From the human T2T-CHM13v2.0 reference genome, Homo sapiens: a DNA stretch of 64,000 nucleotides. Of the stretch, positions 12,891 to 27,326 are shown one piece after another. The position numbers were made by a program, and so were the translations under genes. Each line of letters opens with the position of its first letter. The first letter of the stretch is position 1. The notes below the pieces were generated by a model that ran no database searches, was not told the DNA's origin, and was given only the letters and a program-made list of their open reading frames with translations. The stretch is taken from assembly GCF_009914755.1 (NCBI RefSeq), contig NC_060925.1; one strand, 5' to 3'.

Positions 12891-13769
12891 CTGGGGCTTT
12901 GCCCTGAACCAGTAGAGAAGGCCAGGCAAGGTCTAAGCGAGCTCCAAGGGTACTCTCCTGCCTCTTCACACCAACTCCCTCCTTCCTTCTCCAACTCCCA
13001 TTCCCCTCCCTCCCTCCCATCCATGCCCAAGTCCCAGGTACTTAGGAGCTGGAGGAGTATTATCCCAAAAGCAGTGCTGAAATCTGTTTGAATTACATCT
13101 CCTCCTTCCCCTTGAGGTCTTTACAGTGGAATTGGATTAATCTCTGAGAACAAGTGCTCTTGTTTCTTAGTGGAAAAACAGAGAAGCTTTTGATTTCCAT
13201 GAGATAAGATCCCTCTGTGGTAACATAGTTTTGCGCCTTTCTGTCATTGCTTTTTACAAGGTGACTAATAAATAATCCCCATTACACAAGCACAGCCTGC
13301 ATCCATCATGCCCAGACTGCAGGCGCTGAGGGATGATCCCTAATGGGTAATAATAATAGCTACCATTTATTGATTGGACGCTGGGTGCCAGGCAATGGGC
13401 TAAGCATTCCCATGCATTATCTTCACAGGAGGATGCAGTCTCTCTCTGGCTTCTTCCTTCTTTGCTGGCATGGATTAGGTTGCTCTAAGCCTCTCTGGCT
13501 GTTTTGCTTCTTCTCATATCCCCTTGGTGGGGACATGTCCAGAGGCCAACACCCTGGAGGGACTCTACTGCACCATCCAGGCACCACACCCTGCCTCTTC
13601 CTCTCCTTGTCCTCTGTCATTCCAATGGTCTAGTCTAGACTGGCCTTTCCTCAAACAGAAGTGGTAAAAGTCAAGTCTCAGATTGAGCTTTAGATGGAAG
13701 AAGTCTTGGTCCGAGGCCTTTCAGGCTGATCCAAGAGTGGACAGCTGTTGCTTTTATTTGTCCAGCATT

Positions 13770-14225
13770 TCTCTTCCCATTGGAGAACTGCCCTGCCCCC
13801 ATCCCATGTGGCTCTGTGCAGACTCTCAATCAAATCACAATGCCTACCTGCCCTCTAGCCCCAGGAGACCAGCCAATATGACACCCCATCCCTTAGTCCG
13901 CTGGGATTTCTCTTGAGGTGTGGCACACAACCTGAGTACAGCCAAAAACACTTCTTCCATGACTTTAGATCTGCAGATGTCTGGGGAAATATAATCTCTC
14001 TCTTTCTCTAGGATCATGTGAATCCAAAGCTCCCAGAAGCCATCTTGTTGCCACATAAAAGAGAAAAAACAGGACTGAGAGATGAATGAGGTCCCAGTGA
14101 CACTGGATCCAGCTGTTCCTGAGGCCACACCCGCCACCCTTTGGATTTCCCTGGAACTTAAGCCAATAGATTCCCTTTCGTGTTAAAATTTATTTGAGTA
14201 GGCCTTCTCTCATACAGAAAAATCA
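13770..14225 (+). mobile_element. Old MaLR LTR (MLT1K/L-like)
   Basis: agccatcttgttgccac...ctggatccagctgttcctgaggcc...agccaatagattccct. Confidence 0.65.
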
Positions 14226-17200
14226 TGGAAGTAGGCTAAAGACATTCTCATTGGCATCTAGCCAGCTTGCTAGAGCATTTGGAGCCACAGCTTTACCTAG
14301 TAATCAAGGTTTTTTTTTGTTTGTTTGTTTTTGTTTTTTGCCAGCGCCATTCTTTGTACATATACTATATTTTCTTGATTCAAGCACGCCATCAATAATA
14401 ACATGTGTCGTCAATTTAATTAGGGCTTTTTGGGAAAAAGAGAGAAAGAAAAACACAGCATAAACTGCATTTGTTGATAGTAAGATTTGTTTTGATTTCC
14501 AAAAGGTTAAACTATTGGTTAGGGTGTAGGAGGGGAGGGAGTACATCTTGCAATTGAGAATATATGAAATCTCCCTAGGGGGCTTTTTAGAACGAGATGG
14601 CCTGAGGTAGGGTCCAAGTATTCCTATGGCCTGGTCAAATAGCATCTTAATTCCACCTAATCTATTATTTCCAACTCTCTCCTACATGTAGGAGCTTGAT
14701 GTTGTTCTGAGAGTGTTCCCCATCTGGCTCTGGACTTGCCAATCCTCACTCGCTCTCCTTCTTCCTCAGCAATTACCTCTTCTCAATCCTTTCTGGGCTG
14801 GGCTGAGCCCTGACCTGGGGGTCATTCGACAATTACCCCTGAAGACAATGGGCATGGATGGCTCAGCAGCTGTAGAATCCCCCACCACTTTCCATCAGTG
14901 GCTCTTCATGCTGACATGGGAAACCCATGAACAGAGTTCCCATTTAAAGAAAGTGACCTCTCAATAAGAAAGCTAATTAGATACGAGAGAGAGAAATCTT
15001 CCCAGAGTAATAGGAAGAGCTCCCAAACCCAAGCACATTCAGCTAGGGAGACCCTCTCTGCCTTGGCCAAGAGGCAGAGGGAGAGTGAAAGACCTACTTC
15101 CTGGGCAATGACGGGTCATGTGCTCATTTCTGGCTTAGGCATTTTATGGGTGCATCTGTGATAGTGAAAATACAGACAGTGCTTAGGCTATGGGAGAGGA
15201 TTAGGTGGGGAGAGAAAAGAGAACTTTTAAATGCTCCTAATATCTCACTTGCCAGGAATCCTCCACTTCCCCTTTGTAGAACCAATCTGTGATTTATTTA
15301 TGATTAGGTGTAACCCATATGGCTACTGCAGGCTCTACCACGCCCAGGCCTTGAATGTGGTCCTGACTAGGGCAAGGACATCATTAGAAGGTGGAGTCCA
15401 AATTAGCCATGTGGCCACAGGCCCAATATTATGAGTCAAGAGGAGCCCATCAAGCTTGAACCTTCCTTGCACTCACCGGTTTGGTATAGTGTCTATGACT
15501 GAGTTTCTGCCTCAGTTTCCTTGACTCATGCTATAGGTCTCCTAGCACTGGAACCTTGTCAGATTCTGGTCACCAAGGTTTGGGACACTGCTGAGCTCAA
15601 GAGTCTTTCTTCCATGGATGGCTCCTACTCCTCTGATACCTCAGATTTGTATTCTAGCAGAGCCTATGCAGCCTGCTTCCCAGGTATAAGCATCAATCAT
15701 GCACACTGTTATGATGCTATCCTCTCTGCCATCCAGCAATATGCTCTGTGATGCCTGAGGTCAGAAATGACACAAATAGCACATGTGCCACTATTTTGCT
15801 CATCCACCCCCATGCAGACATCACTAATTGATCTCTGCCCTCTTCTCAGTGAATCTAGATGTGGTCTGAACACATGGTTTTTGTCAACCACAACCAATTG
15901 ACTGATATTGGCAATACAAGACAAAGTCCATTTGCCCTCACTACCATATCCTTCTATCAGTATATACTTGGCCCTCTTAGAACTCCAGCCCATCTTGGTT
16001 CATCACTCACTCCATCCTGAATCCCAGCCAAATACAAAGCCAAGGTGCCTCAGTCTAGAGAACCTTTGAGACAGTCCTCCCAGACCTCATCAGGGTCCCT
16101 TAGTCCTTAACTCAGAGATTAATATCTTGCCTAGAGGATGGGGATGCTGTACGTTGCACCTGGAGAATTCTGTGTCCCCAAGACCCCACCTACACCTGCT
16201 TCTATTATTCCAGGAGCTTCAACCTAGAGCCGCCAATAGATCAACTGCTCCTATTCCACCCCATCCCACCCCAGATCTCATTACCTGACCCTCTCACCAC
16301 CGTTCACCTCCACACTGTTTCCAGAGGAACTTCTCTAGAGTATAAATAACAGATAAAGATAGGTGAGTAGCCTGGGTTTCCAGAGCCTCAGAAAGAAATT
16401 ATTCTAGGGCTTATCAAACACTTCATTGTTTTGCAATTGCTGGTTGACAGGTTTGTCTGTCTTACTTGTGAGCTCCTACAAGTCACCAAAAGACTTGGTC
16501 CTGTTTATCTTCATTTTTTTTCCATCTAATAACTAGCACAATGCAAGGTGGGATGAATAAGCAAATGAGCCACAGTTCATTCTTGGGTACTAGGCTCAGG
16601 AAGTTCATGCTCTCTGCCTTCTCATCCCCTATAAGCCACCAGCCATGTCCAGTGTGGAGTCGTAACTACCCCAAGGTTCCCCAGGTCCAAGACAGTAAAG
16701 GCCCCCAAGGAGTATGCAAGTGCTGGTGAGGAAGGTGAGTGTCCCCCAGGGATTCCACTGCCAGACTCTCTCAGGCATGGAAACTGTGACACGCTCCCAT
16801 CTAGCCATAAAAAATGTTCTCTCCCGGGGCAGAATGCTAGCTCACTGCCTCTGGAGATTCTGCATCTAGTCTGGAAAGAGGCATGCCCTGTGAATGACCA
16901 GAGCATCCTGGTGCCCACTTCTGGTGGAACCTAAAAAAGGACCTTTATTTAAGTCGAAGTCCAGAATTGCATCCAAGATGATAAGCAGAGGACTGGCCCG
17001 CCTCGACCTGAAGCTCCCTCTCTGTCTCCAGGACTCAGACACCCCTGAGCATCACGCCTGACCTCAGCCTCATGGAAGTGACCTCAGCCTCATGGAAGTG
17101 CCCACTCTGGGGAAAGCATACAAGGAGCACTTACTCGGTCCTCTGTGGATGGGAAGCAGGCCAGACCCTGGCCATGGAACAACAAGCTTCTGAGAAACAG

Positions 17201-17299
17201 GAGTTCTGCTAAGAGTCCTACAGCTGTTGGGATATGGGCAATCCCTCAAGATTGGCCTCCTCTGACCCCTGTTGTTGAACCACCTTTTACCCATCCAAT

Positions 17300-17780
17300 T
17301 TTAAACTAATTGGTTTAAAATTGTTAATATTCAGTGTTGGGGAGGGAGTGAAGAAATGGGTATGCATTACTGATAAGAACATAAATCTCCCTGGAAAGCA
17401 ATTTGAAGCCACATACCAAAACTCTTTGAAATGGCCATGCCCTTATAGATTTATTCTAAGGAAATAATCAGATGCATCCCAATGATTTATGTATAGGAAT
17501 GTTTCACGACAGCATTATCTGTCAAAGGGGAAGAGTAGAAACAATCTAAATTTAAACACAGGGGATTGGCTGAATAATTATAGCAATATAAATAGCATAA
17601 ATATATATATTTCGAATTTTATGCACTAATATGCACATATATGCCTGGAAGAATAAATTACATATTAATTGTGGTTATATCTAGGGGGTGTGATAATAGT
17701 TGATTTTAATTTTCTTCTTTGTGCTCTTGTGAATGTCTCCCATTTTCTTCCATGAACATGTAACACAATCTGTAAAAGCA
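17300..17780 (+). mobile_element. L1ME 3' fragment
   Basis: ctggaaagcaatttg...atttattctaaggaaataatcag...gtggttatatctagggg. Confidence 0.65.
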
Positions 17781-18569
17781 AGACATGTGGTCTTGAAAAA
17801 AGATGAGCATATCCAAGGCTGGCTGTCAAAATGCAGTTTGAGTATAAATTGTTTGACTATTTGAAAAAGCCTGGAGATCTCACTTAAACCAACAAATAAT
17901 TATGCTTTATGGAGTGCGCAAAACCAAATCAGAATTCTGAAATTTGCTGTCAATTCTCTGCACTCATCTGTCACTGGCTCCAACTCCAAGTGGGCACAGG
18001 TGAAAAATAAAACCACAGACGTGCTCCATACTTTACGTTTACCACCCATCTCCCCACAGGTTCCTTCATTTCACCTTCCAAAGTACCCTGTGAAGAAGGC
18101 AGAGCAGGTGTCAGGATTCAGCCTATTTTAATGCAGGAAGAAATGAAGGTCCTGAAAGGTTAAATGTCTCATTCATCTTGTCCCCCTAGTGAGCAGCATG
18201 GCTGGGACTTTAACATCGGGTTTTCCAACCCCAAATCCCAACTCTTTTAGTTGTACCATGTTGTTTCTTCTCATACAAAGTACTGTGGATGGGCAGAAGC
18301 TTCTGTGAGTCAATACAAAGAACTGCTAGGTCTGAGTACTAATAAAAAGATGTAGGTTAAGTCAGTAGACTTGCGCCCATCTGAAGGTGGTCTCTAGTTT
18401 TCTGCCTCAGGGCTCTATCATGATGCTGTTCTGTTCAACAGAACTAAGGAGAACAATAGGTTCACGTTCAAAAACTCTTTCTCACCTAAACACACAGATG
18501 GGCAGCTTCTAATAAAGTTGGAGCTTTGTAGGAATATAAGTGAAGTCTTACGATATTCATTTATTCATT

Positions 18570-18740
18570 AATAGCTTTGTATTTATCTGTGTGGTTGCTT
18601 GTTTAACATCTCTTCCCCTACTAGGCTGTAAGTTCCATGAGGACAGGGTGTGTGTTGTTCATGACTATATTCCCAGTGCCTCTCAAGTGCTTTGCATACA
18701 GTGGGTGCACCATAACTATTTGCTGAATGAATGAATGAAT
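18570..18740 (+). mobile_element. L2 3' end
   Basis: ctaggctgtaagttccatgaggacaggg...tttgctgaatgaatgaatg. Confidence 0.8.
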
Positions 18741-19619
18741 GTTGATTTGACATCTTCACAACCCTTCTCACCTCAGCCTGTTATGGAAGAAATTGAGGAT
18801 ATTTTGGTGTGAGCTCCCCAGCTTTCTTTGCCTACCCCATCCACTTTGCCTACCCCATCCACCCTCTGACACACACACAACACAACACACAACATACCAC
18901 ACAAACTCACCCATCCTTAACCACTTGGAGCCAGCTGCAGAGAATAAGGGGCTCTTCCTCCTTCTCAGGACCCTTTCTCTCTCAGGACTTAGTGATCCTT
19001 TTCTCTTTTTTCCAGCAAGCTCCATTGGTTTTTAAACTCACCCTTGTCTCTCCTATGAGAAAAACAAAGCCAAACAAACCCAGAACCCCAGCTGGCCCCA
19101 CGTCTCCCCTTATCATTTTAATGTCCTATAAGAGGTGACCAGACACCCTTCTCTACTTGCTCACCTCCAATTCTTGCCTCAGCCCCCTGAATTGAGGGTC
19201 GGGGGTGGGGGAAGGTGGAAGGGCCTTCCACAGTGAACTCTGCATACTCCAGGGTAGCATCTGAGAGCTGAAGCCAGGAGACACTGTGCCGCCCTGATCT
19301 TTCTGGGCCTTTACCCTGCTGACACCACTCCTGGAGCCTCTGACCCCAATATCTGCTCAATCTACTCCCAGCTCTCCTGGGACCTCAGTGATGGTCCCTC
19401 CATGTAAGCCTCTTCCTCTGCCTGCCCTGGGTCTCTCCCAAGACTCCCTCGCTAACCACTGCCCTCCCCACTGAAACTGCCTCTCCCTGAGTGATCTCAC
19501 ACCCTCCTGGAGGGTTAACTAGCATATAGTAGCGCTTAACTCCTAAATCCATCAGGAGTTTCTTTCCAAAAACTGCTGACTTCTTGGACATTCTGCACAT
19601 TCCTTTGCCTTATTGCTTC

Positions 19620-20165
19620 CTCCTACCCCCACTCCCCCACATTTAATAAAATATTAACTCCTGCTGATTTCACTCCTATGTGACTCAACCCTAGTCTCTC
19701 CCCTACATCCCATTCCCATGGCCATTATCCTAGCTCACGTCTCATCATCTCTTATCTGGACCAAGGCAATGTTTTCCTAAGTGGGCTCCCAGCCTCCAGT
19801 CTTGCATCCTTGCAATCCATTCTCCCTTCAGCAGCCAGAGTGATCTTTTGAAATGTCTAATTGTGTCACCTCCTTGCTTCTAAGAGCCCTTCAGTGGCTC
19901 TCCATTGTCTACAGGACAATGTTCAGATCCTTAATATTCATACAGGTCTGTCTGCTGTAGAGCCTTCCTTGCCTTCTGATACTATTCCCAGAGACTGAAT
20001 CACATGCAGCTTTCCACCACTCTATGTGGGCCTTGGCCTCCAGTCTTTGCTCAGTCTTTCCTCTTTCTGTCTGGAATCCCTTCCTCTCCACTTCTTCATC
20101 CTTCCCTTAGTTCACTGACCCTCTTCCTGTAAGACTCAGCCACAGTGGTGCCACCTCCAGGAAGC
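19620..20165 (+). mobile_element. L2 fragment
   Basis: atccattctcc...cagcagccagagtgatctttt...cccttcagtggctctccattg. Confidence 0.7.
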
Positions 20166-20425
20166 AGGGCCTGTAAGGGAGTTATCATCCACAACCCTCT
20201 ACCATACTGGATTATAAGGATAATCCATCATCTACGAGCATTTAAAATGTGCCACATAGTTTACCTGCATTCTCCTGTTATGTCCTTTTAACAGTAACTC
20301 TGTAAGGTAAGTTCTATTGTTAGTCTCATTTTATAAACATGGAAGCTGAGGCTTAGAGAGGTTCAGTGACTGGCCCGAGGTCACAAAGGGTGTAACCAAT
20401 GGAGCTGGACCCGAATCCAGGTTGA

Positions 20426-20776
<351 letters not shown>

Positions 20777-21425
20777 AGTGATTTGTTTTTGAGCTTCCTT
20801 CTGCCTTGGGAAGGCCTAGCCACCTTCTTTTCATCCTTTAGGTCTTTACTTCCTCTAGGAGGCCTTCCCTAACCCATTCACCTTAAGTCTGGCTTGGATG
20901 CCCTTCCATTTCACTCCCATGGTCCCGTGTCAACCCCTTCACAGCCTTGGTCACTGTGTTTTGACTACTGGTCTAGCCCCAAGCTGGGCTGGGGGCTCCA
21001 GGAGGTCTCAGGGAGAGGCTGCCTGTGCTCATGAGTGAATCCCCACTGCCTGGCACTGTGCTAGTAATTCCTGATCAGATTACTACATGCTTCCCTTCTT
21101 TTTCCCACCAGAGGCTGAGCCCCAGTCTAATAACTCTTTCTAATAACTTCTACATATAAAGGTGGGTTGGGGTGGACTGCTATCAAAACTGACAAAAGTC
21201 CGGAAATCAGTTTGGTAAACTGGCAAAGGAGTCCCATTTCCATTTGCTCTGAGGTGAGGTAAACGTTGCAGTGTTTCCATCAAGATGGGAAACAGAAACG
21301 AAGAGAGGCTATGAGCACGTGCCTAAGAGAGTCCATTCTTTCCCCACCCTAGTTCCCGGGGCCTCTCCACCAGTTTTGTTTATAGCTCATGTCCAATAGT
21401 GAGTGAAAAGCCTATAAGTGTATTC

Positions 21426-21752
21426 TTTTTTTTAATTTTTAATTTTTGTTGAGTACATAGGTGTATATATTCATGGGGTACATGAGATGTTTTGATACAG
21501 GCATGCAATGGGTGATAATCACATCATGAAGAATGGGGTATCCATCCCCTCAGGCATGTATCCTTTGTGTTACAAACAATCCAATTATACTGTTTCAGTT
21601 ATTTTAAAGCATAAATTAAATGATTATTGACTATAGTTACCCTGTTGGGGTATCAAATAGTAGGTCTTATTCATGATAATGATTTTTTCAACCCATTAAT
21701 CATCCTCCCCTCCTCCCTCCCCACTCACAACCCTTCCCAGCCTCTGGTAACC
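21426..21752 (-). mobile_element. L1MA (L1MA2-like) 3' end
   Basis: ggggtacatgagatgttttgatacaggcatgcaat...ttcccagcctctggtaacc; decayed TSD ataagtgtattc / ataagcacgttc. Confidence 0.85.
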
Positions 21753-21964
21753 CATAAGCACGTTCTGAGTGACGAGATGAGTTAAATGAAAAGGAGTAAT
21801 TTGGACATCAAGGCACCTGAGTGATAGAACCAGGTCTGCTACTGACAGTGAGACTATAAACATCGCTTTGAGTGGCTAGAAGCCGTTTCCTCATCTGAAA
21901 AACTGGGAATTTGGGCTGAATGGTTCACAGTTTTCTTCCAGTTTTAAGTCTATCAGGAACTGTC

Positions 21965-22650
21965 TTGTGGCCCCACAGCCTCTCCGATTCCACCATCTAT
22001 GCCTCTCTCCCCACCCATCCCCACGAGCCACCCAGGACTCCTTGCTCCTCCAGCAGATCAGGCCCACCTCAGAGCCTTGCCCTTGCTCTTCCCGCTGCCG
22101 GGACACTCTTCTCCCAGGCTTCAGTCCTTCACCTCTTTCACCTCTTCACACAAATACCACCTTCTCAAGGTCTTCCCAAACTGCCCATCTAAAATGGTCA
22201 TCCCTCCACCCCAGATCCGTCTTATCCTCCTCTGTTTCTTAATTTGCTTTGCACATCAACATGTACATACTACACAATTTTCTCTTTTAACTTGTCTATT
22301 TTTTTTTTCTTTTTTGAGAGTCTTGCTTTGTCACCCAGGCTGGAGTACAATGGCGTGATCTTGGCTCGCTGCGACCTCTGCCTCCCAGGTTCAAGTGATT
22401 CTCCTGCCTCAACCTCCTGAGTAGCTGTGACTACAGGCATGCACCACCACGCCCGGCTAATGTTTGTAATTTTATTAAAGACAGGATTTCATCATGTAGC
22501 TTGTCTATTATCTGCTCCATATACTAGAATGTAAGCTCCATAAGGACAGAGAATTTTTATCTGTTTTATTCACTGCTCTGAGCCTAGAATTTCAAATTAT
22601 GCCTGGCACACAGTAGTAAGTACACAATAAATATATGTTGAATGAATAAA
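21965..22650 (+). mobile_element. L2 3' region containing a truncated minus-strand AluS (22300-22497)
   Basis: actagaatgtaagctccat...cctggcacacagtag...aataaatatatgttgaatgaat; Alu ccaggctggagtacaatggc. Confidence 0.8.
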
Positions 22651-23614
22651 AGATTATCCTTCAAACACACACAGTCACATAAACAAAGCCAGTGAAATAT
22701 AACCAAGTCCCATACAGCTTCCTTCAACATAGCTGCCAGGGCCTGGGCACAAAGGGGATACATTTGCCTCTCCAGGCTTGTCTGCATTTTGTTTTCCTGG
22801 GGTTCCCATCTGCAATGGGCCAGCAAAGCTTCCTTTTTGTGAACCAACGATTAGCCTTTAGGAAGAAGCCCAACACTAAGCCCAAGCCACAGATTGATTA
22901 ATTGTTCTCTAGGTGTGAACGCTAGCAAGCTGGCTGAGCGTTATGGCCATCGACAAAGGCACTGAGATGGGAGCTGAGGGCAGTTCAGCCTTCCGGGGAG
23001 GGCTGCTTTGAAAGCAGACGTTGCAGTTTCCTTTCAAGTATTATCAGTCATCATCGTGCCATTATGGAGTTTTCAATCCATCGTTCCCTGGGCAATAGGT
23101 GCCTGCCAGGCAGAGATGAGCTTCTGTGCTCTGTGCCATGGGCGAGCCTTTGTCTGCGCTGCCATCTGCTCCCTGGCACCCATGCACACACACGACCTGC
23201 CTCTCTCCCTCAGAGGGGCATCCTCTTGACAACACAGTCCTTCTTGCTTCTCTCAGGACCGCGGGGTAGAACCCACCAGCTCTCCTGAGACCCCAAATCC
23301 CTCCACTCAGCCAACATGTGCTGAGCTCCTGCTGGGAGCTGGGCACCTGCTTCAGGGAGATAAGTAGGGAGCTGGGAAGCCCTTCGGGGCAGGGGCTAGG
23401 TCTCCTTTGCCAGGGGCGGTACTGTTCTTGGTTCCCAGCTCTCTACAGCCTGATCTGCCCCTTCTTAGACCTCTGGAAGGAGCTGACACTACAACTGCTG
23501 CAAGAACCAGAAACAGACATAACTGTTTTCCAGGTCCACACCTGGGGAAAAAAAGGGGCAAAGGGCACTCTCTGAATACCACAGGCAAAGGCAGCCTTGG
23601 GGAGTAAAGAGAAT

Positions 23615-24340
23615 CCCTCTTTTCTGTCTCTGCTCCCTTGCGAGGTCATCTCATCTGACCTCATGGCTTTCAATACAATCTACACGCTAAGGATGCTCCA
23701 ACTTACATGGGCAGATAGGTTCTCTCCATCCAGCTGCCTACCCACCAGTTCCTCCCATATTCCTGGCAGGCTTCTCACACCTAACAGTCTGAACTGAGCT
23801 CCTGATCTCCGCACCCCAAACCTGCTCTTCCTATGGGCTTTGCCACCTCAGTTAAGGGCAGCTCCATACTGCCCGTTGATCCCCCCAAACCCTGGGAGCT
23901 AACCTTGGCTCCTCTCCAGCACCCACTTCTAATCTGCCAGCCAGTTCTATTAGCTCCACCTTCAAACTGTCTGGAAGATGCCCACTTCTCTCCGCCTTCA
24001 CCGTTGCGGCTCTCACCCAGAGCGCCCCCTGGCTTCTCACCTGCATTGCTGCATTAGACTCCGGGCCAGTCTCCCTGTTCCCACTCTGCACTCCTTCAGC
24101 ATATTCTCAGCACAGCAGCTGGTTAAAGCTAGGTCAGACCAGGTCAGCTTCTGCTCAGAACCTGCCCATGGGTCCTGATAAACTCAGTAGAAGCCAAGTT
24201 CTTCCCATAATGTAAAGGCTGTGTGTGACCTGGTCCCTTGTCTCCAACTTTATCTCTTCCTACCACTCGTCTCCCTCACTCTGCTCCAGGAGCACTGGTT
24301 GCATCTCTGTTCTCCAGATATGCCAGGGGAACTCTCACCT
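23615..24340 (+). mobile_element. L2 fragment
   Basis: catggctttcaatac...aactgagctcctgatctcc...cactctgctccag. Confidence 0.65.
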
Positions 24341-25862
24341 TGAGAGGTCAGAAGTGCTGCTGGCTCAGAGCCTGGGAATTCCCCAGTAGGCCATGGTGTG
24401 GAATCCACAGTCGCTCTAGTGTGATCTTTTCCTGGAGCCTAGGCAAGCGACCACTGTGCCCTAAGCGCTCAGCTCTCCAGCAGTTGTCACAGTTGTCTGA
24501 TTTTTTATCTGTCTCCTCCACTAGACCATGATTGCCCAAGGGCAAGGGCTGGTGCTACCCATGTGGGTTTTTCCAGGCCTTGTTCAGAAGAGGTATTCAA
24601 GGCATATGAATGGATGGATGGGTAGATGAACAACAGCAACAACAAAACACCTAGGTTTGCATAACCTTTATAGTGTTTGAGGACATTTCCTCCTGTTTGT
24701 TCTTGGTTGGACAATGAGAAACAAAGATACTCTCTGTACCAAGAAGCCTCAGCCAGAAGCCAACCAGTCCATGTGTGCCTCTAAGCAGGGTCTGTGCTTT
24801 TCCCCAAGACAGCTGGGTGTGCAGCACAGGAAAGAAAATATGTATTCTCCCTGGCTTATGAAGGGTGGAGCTGCTAAAACTACAGTCTTCCAGGCATATT
24901 TCTCAAGAAAAGAAGGAAGTCCTCCTGTATCTTACCCCTCATTTGAGACGGACACAGAAGCTTTAGGAGAAGTGTCCCATGACCATACTAGCTGGAGCCC
25001 CCAGAACCCAGGTGCATGTACCCACATTCTTTTCCTGCTGAAAATTCTTTTCCTTCCCAGGGCAAAATGGGATCTTGGAGGGGAAGCACACTCGACCTCA
25101 CTGGGCATGGCTGTATGTGAGCTCTGCTGTTATCTCATTATGCTCATACCCCTATTTTACAGTTGAGAAAACTGAGCCTCAGAGATATTACAGAGCATTC
25201 CACAGTGAGTGGTAGATTAACCCAAGAACTCTATGATTCCAAAGTGTAGGCTTATCCTATTGTCCCAGCAGTGTCCTTTCTCTTCCCTGCCTCCAGAAGT
25301 GGGTGGGAGACTAGCTAGGTGAGAGGCATGAGGAGCCACCATGGCACTGGGTCTAGGCTTACTTGGGCCTGGGGAAAGCTAATGCCTGGGTAAAGCACCC
25401 ATCCCTTCCCAGGCACTCTGCAGATTCCTGGATCACAAAGGGCTGTAGGGGTTCCAGAGATGCTGGAGCTCTGGTACAACAGGAGGGCCACAGGCCTGGA
25501 TCCCTGCAGTCTTATTGTTCATGGCATCTGAGAGGCAGGGCCTAGACCAATACTAGGGATTAGAAAGCACTTTGGAATCAAAGTCAATGGAATGAGTGGA
25601 TAAGGAGTTGCTGATTTAAAGTATTATAGATCCATTGGATTAGCGACTCCTAGATTTGTCATGGATTTTAGAAAGCATCTAGAGCAAGCCCCTATGCAGT
25701 TCAGCCAAGCTTCTCACACGAATAAATCTTCAGCAGGAAAAGAATGTGGGTGCATGCACCTGGGACATGGGGCTCAAGAAAGTATGGCCAGCCACCAGAA
25801 GGATATCTCTGAAATCTCCTCCTCTATCTTTTGAAAGATGCCCATTTACACTGGACTCCTTG

Positions 25863-25865
<3 letters not shown>

Positions 25866-25903
<38 letters not shown>

Positions 25904-25905
25904 TA
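25866..25905. repeat. (TG)n microsatellite
   Basis: Direct inspection. Confidence 0.97.
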
Positions 25906-25992
25906 TTTAGTTTATGTGCATGAATATTTTATTTATATACATATATTTAGTTAAGATTTATAGTTTATCATTTTATTTATAGAGAAACATAT

Positions 25993-26583
25993 ACGTTTTT
26001 AAATTTTACTTTAAGTTCTGGGATACATGTTCTGAATGTGCAGGTTTGTTACACAGGTATACATGTGCCATGGTGGTTTGCTGCACCTATCAACCCGTCA
26101 TCTAGGTTTTAAGCCCCTCATGCATTAGGTATTTGTCCTAATGCTCTCCCTTCCCTTTCCCCCCACCCCCAATAGGCCCTAGAGTGTGATGTTTGCCTCC
26201 CTGTGTCCATGTATTGTCACTGTTCAACTCCCACTTATGAGTGAGAACATGCGGTGTTGGTTTTCTGTTCCTCTGTTAGTTTGCTGAGGATGATGGATTC
26301 CAGCTTCATCCATGTCCCTGCTAAGGACATGAACTCATTCTTTTTCACGGCTGCATAGTATTCCATGGTGTATATGTGGAAGACAGTGTGGCGATTCCTC
26401 AAGGATCTAGAACCAGAAACACCATTTGACCCAGCAATCCCATTACTGAGTATATACCCAAAGGATTATAAATCATTCTGCTATAAAGATACATGGACAT
26501 GTATGTTTATTGCAGCACTATTTACAATAGCAAAGACTTGGAACCAACCCAAATGCCCATCAGTGATAGACTGCATAAAGAAA
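25993..26583 (-). mobile_element. 5'-truncated, 5'-inverted L1PA (PA7/PA8-like)
   Basis: 3' UTR on - strand to ~26377, then adjacent ORF2-end sequence on + strand 26378-26583; TSD agaaacatat at 25983 and 26579. Confidence 0.9.
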
Positions 26584-26762
26584 CATATTTTTAAAATATA
26601 TATTTGGTTGAAATATATGTATTTAGTTTACTATTTGATATAGATAGATAGATAGACAGATAGAATGATTGTATGTATATTTGCTTTACGATAAGATTAG
26701 AAAACGTGCCACATTTAGCTTGTAGGCTTTGGTGCTCCCATCATGCAACCCTCAGGGCTATA

Positions 26763-26928
26763 TTGTATTTCACAGTTTTTTTTCACATATAAACAATTCA
26801 GAAATTAGAATGAGTATTACAACCAAGGGTACGTGATCGTTTAACTGGCACTGTTTTCTTTCTTAGTGGTGCATAAAATAATGGTACATCTTACAGTCAA
26901 TAGAATGTCAACTTTGATAAAATCCAGT
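26763..26928 (+). mobile_element. MER104 (TcMar-Tc2 MITE)
   Basis: tttaactggcactgttttctttcttagtggtgcataaaataatggtacatcttaca. Confidence 0.75.
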
Positions 26929-27326
26929 ATATATGCCAGTTTGGAAAGTATGTTAACAGAATCCTTGGCAGAGCTTGATCAATCAAAGCCTTGCTTGATC
27001 ACCTCCAGAAATGAGGAACTCATTACATCACAAGGCAGCCTACTCCAATTTAGGGTAATTAAAGCTATATAAAACAACTTCTTGATTCTTGGCTGAAATT
27101 CACCTACTTTTAACATCTTTCCATTGGACATTGTTCTACTCCCTGCAGCAATGCAGAACGAATCCTTATTTGTCTTCTGTGAGAGAAACTCTCTTGTCAC
27201 TTCCAGATCTTCTCCTTAACTATTCTTTGTTTCATAGTTACTTGTCTCATTAATTTCTCCCAAATACCTACTTAGTTTTGGGTCTTGTGCTAGAGATACA
27301 ATCCATGACCCTCAAAAACATCTTGT

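Noticed and set aside
14690-16100. Long stretch with the texture of an ancient LTR/LINE (similarly 47030-47745)
   Set aside because: Could not assign a family or find a coding motif by eye; needs a Dfam search.
26365-26643. 92-aa ORF resembling the L1 ORF2 C-terminus
   Set aside because: Inverted fragment of a truncated L1, not a gene.
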